A stretch of 64,000 bases of DNA from Bugula neritina (Eukaryota > Animalia > Bryozoa), in assembly GCA_964035545.1 (NCBI GenBank), contig OZ037771.1, forward strand, positions 13,329,133 through 13,393,132, written 5' to 3'. The stretch's first letter is position 1. Each line of letters starts with the position of its first letter. The translations under genes and the position numbers were made by a program. This document shows positions 1 to 13,883 of this stretch, in pieces. A model generated the notes under the pieces. That model had not been told where the DNA came from, made no database searches, and saw only the letters and a list, made by a program, of their open reading frames with translations.

Positions 1-68
1 GCTAGGTAGAACCATTAAAATTTCAACACTGTAAAGAGGCCAATTGAGGAGGTATGCAAATTGCCTAC

Positions 69-3000
69 CTGAGGCCTCATCTTGGGATTCCAACGGAGAT
101 AGTAGCCTTTCCAGAGTTTGATTCTACGTAGACTGACCACCGGGTACAGGACATGCGAGTGGAGGTAATCCACGTACAGCGGGTTCTTATAATCGTCAAT
201 GTGACTATTAATCATGGACCACAGGCTTTGCGTTTCCTGTCTAATCATCTGTACAAAGTGACAATTTCAGTTAATGGCCAGAGTTATCCGCTCTCTGACA
301 TTACAAGCAGCTCTGTGTAGCTCTAACCATCTCAAACAGGCAAAGATGATCGCATGTGCATTGTTTAAATCATATTCATATAAATTTTCCAATAGTGTTT
401 TAGAAAAACTCAAATATATATATACTAGAGCATATTGACTGTTACAGTGACATCTGCGTGTTACTATGGTAACAAAAACAACTGCATAATAATTCAGAGG
501 GATAAGCTGCAGATAAAATTAGGTTCAAATACAGCCGTAGTTAAAATGGAACCATAGAGTTCCTATCACATCCAATGAGCTGGAAAACCAGTTATATTAG
601 GGTAAAACATGAGCTAGGAGAGAGGTTTTACATAACCATGAGTCATAACTGTATGACTCACCTCGTTTTGCCGCCATTGCTCGCTGTTGCCAAGGAAGGT
701 ACCGAAGAGGCAGCTGTACAAGTGGTCCAGTATTGTTATCAGCATATGTTCATTGAACTCAAATGCCGTGGGAAACTGTAACACATCGCATCATGCATGG
801 TGCTACACAAACAGTCTAAATGTATATTACTGTAATACACCTGGCCAGGTGAAGAGATATTCCAGCTTGTCAATTCTTTAGTTTTTATATGAGATCAGGT
901 CGAAAGTATAAAAAAGTGCACAACGTCATTTCTGACGTGATTTTTAAAATTAAATTTTGATTAGAAATCTTAAAATAAACTCTAAAAACTTTGCTCTTTA
1001 ATATTCATTACATTCCGTTATGCAGGTAATACGCTATGCAGTTGAAAAGAAAATGGTAGATGGTATGTAACAATGTGGAATTCAGATAATTATGCAACTA
1101 CTTTTAACAGAAGCTTTAAAAATGAATCTATATTGGTTTAAGTTGATAAAAGCTGATATCAGCACTGGTATATAACTGTACAAATAAACCCTTAAGTAGA
1201 TGACACCTGATACATGGTAGATGACACATGATACATGGTAGATGACACATAGTATATGACACATGATAGATGACACATGGTAGATGACACATGGTACATG
1301 GTGCATGTAACATAGTATATAGTACATGGCACCTGATACATGGTAGATGACACCTGATACATGGTATATGACACCTGATACATGGTGTATGACACCTGAT
1401 ACATGGTACTTGACACATGTTACATAGTATATAGTACTTGACACATGTCACATACCTGAATTGTAACTTGCCAAACACAGTCTATAAACTGTAAAAAGAC
1501 GGGTGATCTCTCAGAGTCCCCGTGTTTATCTTCCCCATGTCCAATTCTGTGGTTGAACTTATGGCCAAAACTTATCCATTCTTTTTCAATCAGAACTTCA
1601 AAGCCTAAAAAAATTAAGCCATTTTTAAAAATAATGCGTTTTGTTGACTAGCTACATACAAGAAACATATGTGTTCATAATAGATTATACAGAAAAACTA
1701 AAATTTTTAACTTCTTTTGTAAATTTAAATTGGAAACTATGAAAACAAACAATTTATTATGTTTTAAAAATGCTATGAGCTGTAACAAGCACGAAGTACT
1801 TTCATTATGTGCAAACTTGATTATAAAGTTGAGTCTATAAATAATTAAATAAAATGATCGGCTTTGAAAAGCATTTAGGTTATTCCCTGTAAGTTGGTGG
1901 TAAAATCTGCTACTTTAAACTTAACAAAACAACTTTATTCACCCAATAAATATTACATACATATTATAGTAGTTATATTTATTTCCCCAAATGTTTTTTA
2001 AAAATTAACACTATGCATAGCACACTGCAAAGCGTAAAGTTTGACGTAAAGTCTGCTATTGTCAATTAGTAAAAAGTCAAAATGGCTGAAGCAGATAAAC
2101 CTGGAGAAAATATTGAAATAGAAGAACGGACGGTGGCAGCTGGGAGAGATATTGCCAGGTATGCCGAGAACAAACATGCAAATATCAATGATTCTGTAAA
2201 ACCTGGGCTGAAAATAAGTGCTGAAAATAAATTCACCGTTACAGAAGGTTTTTTTCAAAATATATAGTTTTAGCTGGTTTAAGTAGTAGAAAATTATCAA
2301 CCAGAGTATAGAATACATCAGCAATAAAAGAGCTACTGGCCATCAGAGCCCAGCTGCAACAAAAATAAATGCTGATAAATTATATTTCAGTACTTTGTAC
2401 TTTGTAACTTGTAACTAGTAACTTGTGATTAGTAGTTAGTAATTAGTAAATAGTAGCTAGTAAGTAGTAAATAGTAGCTAGTAACTAGTAAAGAGTAGCT
2501 AGTAACTAGTAAATAATACCTAGTAAAAAAAGTTAATTAATTTGTAGTTTAGAAGCACTGACTTCAGCTGCAGCCTCGGAAGAACAACACCTGGAGTTGG
2601 TTTATGGCGCAAAACATGTCATAATGCTGTTTGTTCCAGTCAGTTTGTGCATGATGGTAGTGATTACTACAATTCACAGTGTCAGCTTCTTCTCAATAGA
2701 TGATGGAAACTATTTGTAAGTTGAAAGAGAAATCCAGCTGATAGAGAATTTGATTTGGTAATATTATGAAGCCATTCAGATCTAGCAAAATTTTTTCTAT
2801 CAACAAAAATTGAAAGATGTATTAAACTCACCAAATACAAAGGTGAAATATATTTTATAATTCAAGTTCTACGAACTCAATCACTCTGCCCCAGCTACTT
2901 AATTGTGATAGGCTATTGGTATTTATATTGTATTGGTTTAAATATTTTCTGTCAGTCCCAACACTCACTGCATCGTTAAGAGAGTGTAAGAATTACTCAA

Positions 3001-6000
3001 TCTTAAAATAATAAATTTTATGATATAGGAAAACTAGAATGGCTTGTGTATGATGAAATGTTAAATAATGTGACTTTTGATTTTTTTACATGGTAGAATA
3101 TACTTTTAAAATTATGCTACTTATAATCACTAAGCGTTGATACAAAACCAAATCTGTACTAATAGAAGTCAAACAGCCATACACATTTTCTGAAACACTT
3201 CATTTTCAGAGTATACACTCCATTTCACCCAGAAGAAGATGACACTGGAGGACGAACGCTTGTGAAATCTGTACTGAATTCCCTAATAATTCTTGGAGTT
3301 GTCATCTTCATGACATTTGGACTCATCCTGCTCTACAAACTTAGATGCTACTATGTGAGCAGAAGCACTTTAAATAGTCTAAAGTTTGAAATCTATTCAA
3401 CAGTGTATCAAAGTGGCTGTTAGTGTATCTTGTATTTGTGGTGCCCTTTTATGTTTGAAATAATAAATAATTAACAAAATGTTGATGCTTTCAGAGTGAA
3501 ATCAGTAGAAGTTGACAACCCTAAGTTAAAAAATTAAACAGTTCAGTTCCTGATGAAACACTTTCACTCTTTTAGGTGATCCATGGATGGATAATTCTAT
3601 CCTCAGTGATGCTTCTCTTTATGTTTGGTTTTGTGTATCTCCAGGAATTGCTCAAGGCTTACAATATTCCCATGGATATTTTCTCAACCGTTTTCTGTCT
3701 GTTTAACTTTGGAGTTACGGGTAAGACTAAGCATGTTGCTACATTAGCAGTTGATGTGGAGTGAAGCTGCACAAAAGTTTGTAAAAAATTAAACTTTCAT
3801 ATTAATGTAACCTATTGCAGCTGTGATATGTGAACAAGAAATTAGAACACATGCTTATTTGTAAAAGCTGTAGATTTAACAATTTGATATCGTGGTACTA
3901 TAGCCACGTGTATAGCAAGTAACTAGTTGTGTGATACAACTTGTTGTTTTAGGAATTTTTGCAATACACTGGAAAGGGCCACTGATCTTACAGCAAGCCT
4001 ATCTTATTCTATCTGCTTCCCTGATGTCTCTAATCTTCATCAGATACATGCCTGAGTGGACCTTATGGCTGGTACTGGCTCTACTGGCAATCTGGGGTAA
4101 AATATTTTACCAACATGACCATAAAACCTTACACCACATAATGTCGTTATATTGATGGTGAAAATGCCGCTTATTTGTCTACAATACCATTGTTCTGTAG
4201 ATTTGGTTGCCGTGCTGGCACCTCATGGCCCGTTGAAGATGCTGGTTGAAACTGCCCATGAGAGAGGAGAGCAAGTAATGCCAGCTTTGATTTACTCGTG
4301 TGAGCAGATATTTTGTATATTATGTGAATGCATTTTTTTGCCTATTTGTGGTAGCAAGGTAGTTATAATTCATGCTGTGTTTCAGCAACTGTCCTCTACC
4401 CAATAATAAGCATGGCTAAACCAAACAATTCGAAACAGAGAAGATCATCAAAGGCTGACAAACGAAAAGACCAAAGTAAACTGCCAGAGGAGTCAAATGT
4501 TACAGATCCAGGTTTGAAAAAAAGAATTTTATTTCGAATACAAATTCTGTTTTTAAAAAAAGTCTGCCACATTCAAGTGTGTGAAATGAATAGTAATATC
4601 CAAAGCAAAAATATTAATTTCTATCTTAAGTTACTCCTGGTTTTACTTCTAGTGCTCATGTTTACCACAATCTGCTGCATATTCTACAGGTGAAGTTAAC
4701 GCTGAAATCAGAGGTTCAGAAGGAGGCAGTGAAGAACCAGATGAGAATGAAGCAGAGAGAGAATTGAGACGCGCAAGGTAGTCTAACACATCCAAAGCAG
4801 ATGTACTTTTGACATTACAAATACTTACCAGCAATTTTTGTATTATCGAAAACACTGCAGTTATCTTTTCAATGTGCTATTTGTATTATAGTGAAAGAAT
4901 AGCTCAGTTAGAGCAGGATATTGAGGAAGTAGAAGAGAAGGGAGTAAAGTTGGGACTTGGTGATTTCATATTTTATAGCGTGCTGGTGGGCAAAGCTTCT
5001 GCGTCTCGCGAACCGACTACAACGATTGCCTGCTTCATCGGAATACTAATGGTACGAACCAATTATGACCGGTTGCAGCACAAGGCCAACATAATTTATT
5101 TGCGGCTAGCTAGATGAAAACTATCTGAGCTTTGTAGACTTATAAAAATATATTTGTAGTATTTAAAACTTCTAATCAATTGAACAGTTATGTCACTTGT
5201 TCATTAAAATTTGATAACTAAAATTAAATTAGGCACATCAACCAAAACAAATTAAATTTTAAATTGTTATTTAATTTTTAAATTTACAGGGACTTTTCCT
5301 GACTCTGGCAATTCTGGTGACGGTGAAAAAAGCGCTACCTGCTCTGCCCATATCAATCCTGTTTGGAATATCTTTCAACTTTGGCACTAACTATCTCATT
5401 GCACCCATGGTGCAAGAGATGGCAGCTAACCAAATTTTTGTCTAGTTGTCATAGTTACAAACCCTAATAAAACAGAGATCTCCACCTACAGTAGGCTTAT
5501 AAGTAATTATTTGGCAATTGTACACAAATTTGGACACAACACAATTGCATTTACAACTTAAAATATAATGTAGGGTAAATTTCATGAACACAAAAAAGAG
5601 TAAAATGAAGAAACTTAACAAACATACCCTTAATAGTTCGATAGAAAGGATCTAAAAGGAGCATAGCTAAAGAGGACATTTGTGCGGTCCTATCCCATCC
5701 GTCACTACAGTGCACCAACACAGACATCTTGTGACTCTCCACCTTGTCTGCTATCTTGAAAGCACCTGCCAGTATTGCCTAAAACCACACAATACAGTCA
5801 TCCAGCAGCGTGAAAACATCCTTGAATAACAAAATATAGCACAACAGGAGTCATTACATCATTGTTTACCTTTAGATGCAGCAGCCATTGGGTAGATTCC
5901 ACATTGGACAGCCAATGATGATCGTCTTGAGTTGGGTGGCAGATATCCTAAGATAGATTATAGAATGATAGAGCAGAAGTGAATTGATAGTTCAACTGCA

Positions 6001-7781
6001 GACAAATAAAGAAAAGAAAGAACCCGGCTTAGTAATTCACTTAACTCGAGTCTAATGTTTAAACTAGCTCGGGGAGCAGCACAGGTCTAGTGGTTAGAGT
6101 GCAGGGGCTAATGTGACACAGCTCATAGGTTCAAGTCAAGGTCATTGGTGATGACAGGAAATTGCTCCTGTGTTTCATTAAAACACCTCAAACTATGTTA
6201 CCGGCTTAGTGAAAGGCACAATCCTTAGTCTGCATAAAAACCTTGTAATCAGTGCTTTCGACTTAAAGCTAACACGAGTTTAAACTCAACTGATGATTTA
6301 AGAACAAGACTTGGAGTAATACTGTAATCTAGTGGCAGCAAGATACCTTCAGCTTGCGCTGACTTTCCCTCATTACGTGAATATTGTGGATATCAAGGAA
6401 GACCAGCTCTACATTCTGATATGCATCTTGATCCTCAAACCCACCTCCTTTAGCCTGAAACAAGTAAAACGTAACCCAATTAGTGTAAGAATACACTGTG
6501 GCAGTTGCCAAACCTAAACATAAGTTAATTAACCCAGTGATTGACAGGTAAGTGTCTAATCAATAGAGTAACTGTAATCTCTACGAACTTAAACTATTTA
6601 TATCGCAATCTTCTGATAGAAACCTCTCTTTGCAGAATGCACTTTTCAATGTTGTAACAAGCGTAGCATAATAAACTTTATTGTATTGAAACTTATACTC
6701 TTTGTTTTCATATTGATTATGTGCAAACTGCTGAAACAAACTTTTCAAAATAATCATTGCAATGCAGCATTAACTGCCCGCTAGTATTAGAACAAAAAGC
6801 AATATCAAAATATTGATAGCCTTCATAATAAACCATACATAGTAAATAGTAAACACTTTTCTATCACTCACCCGATTAGCCTGAGCGTTAACTTTAGGAC
6901 GAGCATCTATTATAAATAGCTTTTGGCCCTGGTGGTTTGCCTCCATTATGTGATGGAGGTAGTTCTCGTCGTCCCGACTCGTTTTAGTTGTAACACCAAC
7001 CAGAGGCTGTGAGCAGCGAGTGATGGAAACCTGCGTCTCCTTGTTGAGCCACGACAGCACCTGCAGAGCAGGAAATGAGGTAAATGCAGAAAGTAAGAAG
7101 CAGACATTACGCCTAATATTTACAAAGCAAATTCCCACAAAGTACAGGGGAGGGGGAGGGGGAGGGGCTATTTCGCTGTTGCTCAAATAATAAAAGCAAT
7201 GTAGGACTTGTTGCAAAAGTTCTAAAATAGTGAAGTTAAAAGAGCCAAGTTTACTGACCAAACCTACCGTTGACAAGGTGTCACAACTACTGACCAATTT
7301 GTTGACAAGGTGTCACAACTACTGACCAATCTTACTGCTGACAAGGTAATAATTTGAGCATGAAAGTAAAGAACAAGGTTTTATAAACGACCTTATTGAC
7401 TATTAAAAGAAGTAGCTTACAGGCAACCTCCCTCTGCTTCTGAACTTAGCCACGGCTTTTAAATCCTCATCCGTTGCTTGGGCAGGAACGGCCAGCTAAA
7501 GTTAAATATACAAAAATCTTAACCTGTTTAATGCGATTATAAATTTTTTTGTATATTTTATTGCATTATAAACACCATTTCCTGTTATAAACTTGTAGAA
7601 TATAAAAACTATGAATATAAATAACCACAGGATGTATAGTGAGTATGTAAGTAATTAAGTAAGTAAGTAATTAAGTAAGTAAGTAAGTAATTAAGTAAGT
7701 AAGTAAGTACAGTAAGTAAGTAATTAAGTAAGTAAGTAAGTACAGTAAGTAAGTAAGTAAGTAAGTAAGTGAGTGAGTAAT

Positions 7782-7812
<31 letters not shown>

Positions 7813-7937
7813 TTAAGTAAGTAAGTAAGTAAGTAAGTAAGTACAGTAAGTAAGTAAGTAAGTACAGTAAGTAAGTAAGTAAGTAAGTACAGTAAGTAAG
7901 TAATTAAGTAAGTAAGTACAGTAAGTAAGTAAGTAAT

Positions 7938-7975
<38 letters not shown>

Positions 7976-7976
7976 C

Positions 7977-8044
<68 letters not shown>

Positions 8045-8059
8045 CAGTAAGTAAGTAAT

Positions 8060-8093
<34 letters not shown>

Positions 8094-10392
8094 CAGTAAG
8101 TAAGTAAGTAAGTAAGTACAGTAAGTAAGTAAGTAAGTAAGTACAGTAAGTAAGTAAGTAAGTACAGTAAGTAAGTAAGTACAGCGAGTAAGTATAACAA
8201 GCGGCACGTACAACAGGAGGGTAAGTGTCACAAAGAGTGAAGCTGCTGTTTATCTTGGTCACCCGCCAGCTATCATTGGGCACTCCCATTCTCTCGTACT
8301 CCTCCATGGGTTTGTATACATTCCAGCCATTCTCCGCGAACTTTTCAGTGTATTTGAATGCAAAGACCCTCTTGAAAACATTATAAAACATTATCAAGAG
8401 TTGTCACATTTCTACTGGACATTCTGTAGATTGCACCATCACTCAAATATTGTAAATCTCATCATACTTATATGTAAATAAAAATAATGCAAACTTACCA
8501 AAAATTCAAACTTAAAATGAAGTTAAATTATTAAAAATTGAAACAATCTTGAGTTTCGAACCTGTTTATGAGTAATGGGAAATGCCCACATGGCCAGCTT
8601 CTCCGTTAACTCTTTTCTCGTCTGCTTTTCTTGCTTATTATGAGCAAATCTGAAAGAATACAACAGTGATATTACAGTATAACAATGATGCAGTAATACG
8701 GTATAACAGTAATACGGTATAACAGTAATACGGTATAACAGTAATACGGTATAACAGTAATACAGTATAACAATATCATGCTGATCAGTTCTACAGCATA
8801 TGGAGATATACCATTATTAAACACAATATTTCCATTAAGAAGAATAAAATTATATCAGAAACTTGTGCATGCTTCAAAATGTACTCTTGATATGAAAATA
8901 AAAGAAGTCAGCTAAAATAAAACAAAATATATTATACATTATTACTATACAATATATTGTACTTCGTTAATATCAATAATATATTACTAACTATATTCAA
9001 CGCATATTATATTATATATACTATGATTAGTACGTATTAGTATATAATATATATTAGTATAATATGTTATATTATATATTATTAGTACATATTATATAAT
9101 ACTTATATTATTTATTATATTATTATCTACACACCGACCTTAAATTTCTCATGTCTTTACAAGCAATCTCCAGACCATAGGAGTGATCTCCCTTGCTGGT
9201 CTGGCCGCCATATTTGTCTATACGACTTATGACACAGAGTGGTACGTCCAGAACCAGAGGGGTGTTCTATAGGGAAACAGTGTGACGCTTTATAGTAAAC
9301 AGTGTGACACATCACAGTATACAGTGTGACACATTATAGTAGACAGTGTGACACATTATAGTAGACAGTGTGACACATTATAGTAGACAGTGTGACACAT
9401 CATAGTAGACAGTGTGACACATTATAGTAGACAGTGTGACACATTATAGTAGACAGTGTGACACATTATAGTAGAAAGTGTGACACATTATAATATACAG
9501 TGTGACACATTATAGTAGACAGTGTGACACATTATAATATACAGTGTGACACATTATAGTAGACAGTGTGACACACCACACACAGGATTAACTGTTTGCA
9601 ACTTCACATGACATACCCGGTCAGTGCTCTGAAAATGTAGCCTGTAAGTTGTTAGCCTCAGAGTCCCCAGGATAGGTTCTTGGTATGGGCAGAGATATGT
9701 GATTTCTGAGGCTAAAACATGGAGCAATTTTTTTGATAAGACTTGAAATGTGTAGCAATAAACATTGTAAGCCTATGCTTACAAGACATTTCAAGTATAT
9801 GCTTACAGGGCACTTTAAGCATATGCTTACAGAGTAATCTAAGCATATGCTTACAGACTATTAAAGAACATAGAATGAAGGATACCAATTAGAAAAATGA
9901 TCTTCAAACCCCCACACAGCGGAGAGAGGTTAGTGATGAAAAACAGTTGATTGAAAACAGCAACATATTCATAGTGACTATAACAAACATACAGTAGTTA
10001 CTAAAGCAACCCTAACAACAATAGTAACCATGGCAACTATGGCAACCACAGTAACCTTAGCAACACACCTACTGACTGCAGAGCTACTAAACCAACCCTA
10101 ACAACCAGAGTAACCAAAGTAACCACAGTAACTGTAGTAACCATAGTAACCATAGCAACTATGGCAACCACAGTAACCTTAGCAACACACCTACTGACTG
10201 TACAGTTTCTCCACTCAGACATCTGAACTCCTTAGTGGAGCTGAAAGAGCTAATTTGGTCCTGACCGTCGCTGTCGATGGATGTGGCGGAGGCGGTATCG
10301 CCATCAGAGTCCGCTGACTGCCTGCTGGCGGTGCTCCTCAGGGAGGCTGACTTCTCTGACATCATCATAGACTCAGAGTTTCTATGAGCCAT
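69..10392 (-). CDS. MTMR2: Myotubularin-related phosphoinositide 3-phosphatase (MTMR1/2/MTM1 group), multi-exon, 3' end beyond left edge of window
   Basis: Approximate exons 10392-10191, 9711-9618, 9267-9139, 8649-8562, 8369-8211, 7496-7421, 7061-6872, 6454-6347, 5947-5870, 5778-5628, 1604-1456, 775-662, 248-69, with GT-AG ends. PH-GRAM-like N-terminus, [16 protein letters not shown], catalytic [41 protein letters not shown]. Exact paralog assignment not tested. Confidence 0.95.
1190..1455. repeat. 21-bp intronic minisatellite abutting MTMR donor site
   Basis: Unit approx. TGACACCTGATACATGGTAGA; begins immediately after the exon ending at 1456. Confidence 0.9.
2082..5445 (+). CDS. PSEN: Presenilin (gamma-secretase catalytic subunit), 10 exons, nested antisense in MTMR intron 1605-5627
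   Basis: Approximate exons 2082-2247, 2553-2715, 3210-3354, 3576-3720, 3953-4096, 4201-4299, 4386-4511, 4690-4777, 4892-5051, 5290-5445. [31 protein letters not shown], catalytic WDLVAVL and [24 protein letters not shown] motif; AATAAA at 5466-5471. First exon is least certain. Confidence 0.95.
6070..6190 (+). mobile_element. Degenerate tRNA-derived SINE fragment
   Basis: A-box-like GGTCTAGTGG, B-box-like GGTTCAAGTC, then GGTCATTGGTGATGACAGGAA; related copy at 58905-59110. Confidence 0.6.
7640..8190. repeat. (GTAA)n microsatellite in MTMR intron
   Basis: About 550 bp of AGTA units with GTACA/ATTA interruptions, starting about 20 bp from the exon end at 8211. Confidence 0.95.
9278..9576. repeat. 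22-bp minisatellite next to MTMR acceptor
   Basis: Unit CAGTGTGACACATTATAGTAGA, about 13 copies. Confidence 0.9.
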
Positions 10393-12988
10393 GCTGGCTG
10401 AAAATAAGGCTACTTGTATAAACTTACATTCCCCTAAACGCAATTTGATATTAAATGTTGCTAATATTAAAATCAGATTGCGGTAAAGCTGAGCTTCTTC
10501 GCTAATAATAACTGCTTGGGAGATTTTAACTTAAGTTAGTGCAATAGAAACCACAGTTTGGTTAAGATTTGAGTAAACTTACTTTCTTGCAATTCATCGG
10601 TTTTTTCCAATTTTATAAAACTATAGCTGCTATCCTATTTTTTTGGATAACAACAATTGTCAACAAATAAAACCAAATAATTTACTATTTTTCCAATTTT
10701 GCTACATTTTCTTATTACAAATAAAAAACTGCATAACTAATAATGAAATAATGTAAGATTTATTGTGAACAAGATTTTTCGAGATACATATAGGTTTAAC
10801 AACGTAATGATAATATATAGAATTAGTCAGTCCCATCATCCACTGCTTTAGCTATAAGAATAAAGATGGCTAATATGTCGCCAGAAACATAAGGGTTAAG
10901 ATATTTTATTCAATTTTAACTATATTTCATTCTTACATAAAATATTTTAGGCTAAACTATGAGATTTCAGCTTGATTTATTTTAAATAAAAATACTTGCA
11001 TGGGGTATCTTGACAACGAAAAACTATTTTTATAAAAGAAATATTTAAAATGAGGACACTTTATTAACCTATATAATCTCCTGCTATATAATAGGCTTAA
11101 ATAGATTATACATGATATCAAGTAAGTCATTAAAAACACTCTGGACTATAAATTCCTTCAGAATGATTATTTAGTGTCACTAAATAACTAATTTAATACC
11201 AAAACTATAATTAGATTGAAACCATAAATCTCAATGACAATCAAATTTTCTCATGTTAAAAATCAATGATAGATCATCAATATATTGAGAAAAAGTCAAA
11301 CATTTATGTGTATAGAGAGATCACTTGGAATTAAAAAATGTCACTTTGGATTAGACATAACGACAGTCAACATTAAAAGCACTAGTATTTTTACATTAAA
11401 TTAAACTGTATCTAAAAAGTTTTTCAATTGGTAGCTGTAAGACTAAATTTGCCAATGACTTTCAAATGTCAATGACAGAAATGAGACAAATGAAAAATAA
11501 AAGTTTTACTTTAATCAGTAAAAACACAAAATACCAAGAGTGAAAGCAATTTTATTTATAGCTATTTTTATACTAATCATCTAAATCATTAAAAGGAAGC
11601 GTTGTTATAACATAGTATTAGTAATTACTATTAGGACTGCTATTGCTTCCTGTATAACTATAACCAATAACTGTAAGTAATTATCAATATAAGTAATAGT
11701 AATACTATAGACTTAGTATTGTAGTCTATAAGTATTACGATAAGTATTACTAAGTATGAATATAGTAATTTTATAATCCAAATTATAACGACACTTAATC
11801 TTAGTTTTATAACATTAAATTTTATTATATTCATAATCATAATGATAATCATTAAACTCAATAAGACACTATAATTATAATTATCACTATGGTTATACCA
11901 TCATTATCATTATGATAATCAATTTTTATTTCAGAAACCTGAACATAAAACCAAATGTAAAACAACAAAATCAAAGTACAAACTCAAAGACTGAAAGAGA
12001 GTTTAAAGTCATGAAATTACAGGTCTTTACCTAACCGATGATAATATTTTGTAGAAATCACTATAATTAGTGATGACCATAATCATTATGAACTTAAAGA
12101 ACTTAGAATTATAAAAATAACAATTTTTTGAACTAGATATTATATTTATAATGATATTAATATTAGGATAATATTATCATGAAGGATTATATGGAACAGG
12201 AAATAGCAATGAATGATTATTTCTTGCTCGCTGTGTATAGCGCGAGAGCTTGAAAGGAAAAGACAACTTTCAATGAGCGTGGCATAACTTTTTTTTAATA
12301 GAATTAGGACAATTGTAAAATCGTATATTATTTACGTAATGATATAACACATGAAAAAGAGCTATTCTGTTTTATTAAACAATATTCAACTGTATTAATA
12401 GTTTCGCTTGTGAATCCTGCAGGTTGATGAAGCTGTCTGTGTTGCTGAAGGTCTGTTGTATAATATATACAAATAGCCTAAATGATAAACCTAACAAAAT
12501 GGGTTTCTTCTGATCTGGGATAGCCAGTTCAGAGTTGACTTCGCTACAACGAACACTAGTTTGTGTAGACAAGAATTACCAAGTCTGATTATTATAGAAT
12601 AGGTAATAATAAATAATATCTTGTGAGAACTGCATACCAAGTCTGCACACTGCCAATATTGTAGTCTTTTTACTTATTTGCACGTCAATACTTTATCGTT
12701 CTGATTTACCCCTTTAACCAGGGGTTGAACTACAGGTACACCAATAAGTAAAGAAACAACTGTAGGCAAACAGCTTGGTTAGCAGCCAGTACTTTACGAA
12801 GAAGTTACAAACATATCGTGTTTGTACATGATTTTGTCTCATATTTGTTGGCACTACTACTTGCTTTATTAGACTATATAAGTAGCTGATATAATATCTT
12901 GGGAAAAATGAAATTATTAGTCATGAAAAGTTACACTTCTGTACCACAGCTGTAAGACAGACACTTTTCCTTTATTTTTTATGAGGTA

Positions 12989-13480
12989 TGTTATAGATGA
13001 GAAGTAATTATTTGAGCAAGTCAACTCAGTGAATTAGTTTCTTTTATTTAATACATGTAAAATGCTATTATATGCTCATCTAACATTGAGGTAGGTGCAA
13101 TAATAGAGAAATCGAGAAAAGCCTGTGCTCTATATTTAAAATGTAGCAAAAGAAGTTATGTTCCCGCTAGAATTTCAACCCGCGCCCAAACCAAAATTTA
13201 TTAATAGAATTAAGGAACTTAGGCAATCTCAATTTCTCCACTATTGCTCCTAAATGCAGCCACAATGACCTTGGACTACCCATTTCACTGCATACCCGGG
13301 AAGCATTGCCACATAAGATATATGATAGAATCTTGATTGGCGCAATCTGCTCCAATTTGCAGAACTTTTCAAATTTTGTCAGCCGCGCAGTGACTACAGC
13401 ACTGCCACCACCATTAACCCTTGACAGTTGCTGGAAAATTCTGGTACAGTTTGGTATATTGGCATGGTTGAGAATGCTAA
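12989..13480 (-). mobile_element. Probable LTR-retrotransposon relic: LTR-like segment 12989-13264 plus degraded gag-like coding piece
   Basis: Minus-strand segment TGTGG...TAACA with internal AATAAA; a diverged copy of its 5' part lies at ~30390-30557 and starts at the same TGTGGCT. Adjacent frameshifted peptide PEFSS...RLTKFEKFCKLEQIAPIKILSYILCGNASRV resembles Ty3/gypsy Gag N-termini (from memory). No TSD seen. Confidence 0.45.
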
Positions 13481-13699
13481 CCAATATACCACAAGCAAAG
13501 ATATGACCCCAGCACCAGCTGCAACAGCTGAGGGTGCAGTGGGGCCAGGCACAGTGCCATGTTTCATACTCTCACTTTCCAAGCCTCCCTTCCCATTTAT
13601 ATTGATATTCATACTTATACTGTCTTTCTCTATCTTACTCTCAGACATTCCACAAATGTGAATACTAAAGTGACAGTAAGAAACTGGTTATCATTACTA

Positions 13700-13883
13700 T
13701 ATAAAAATAATCATTTTAAAAACAGCTCTGAGTTGGGGTGACTGAGTGCAGTAGCCTAGGATTCTCGAGTTTGGAGTTGGGGTTTTAAGTTGGAACTTGG
13801 AACCCCAACTCCAAATTTGATAATCTCATACTATTGCACTTAGTCACTCCCAACTCGCGGCTGCTTATAGAATGATTCCTATA
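13700..13883. mobile_element. MITE-like imperfect palindrome (~180 bp)
   Basis: GAGTTGGGGTGACTGAGTGCAGTAG pairs with CTATTGCACTTAGTCACTCCCAACTC; TTTGGAGTTGGGGTT pairs with AACCCCAACTCCAAA. Confidence 0.7.

Noticed and set aside
4090-4210. WD instead of YD at the first presenilin aspartate as a novelty
   Set aside because: WD at this position is known in invertebrate presenilins; both catalytic aspartates are intact.
7671-8231. LLTY-repeat ORFs, and similar ORFs at 1082-1478, 16550, 22416-22995 and 61936-62319
   Set aside because: Micro/minisatellite read-through, not protein-coding.
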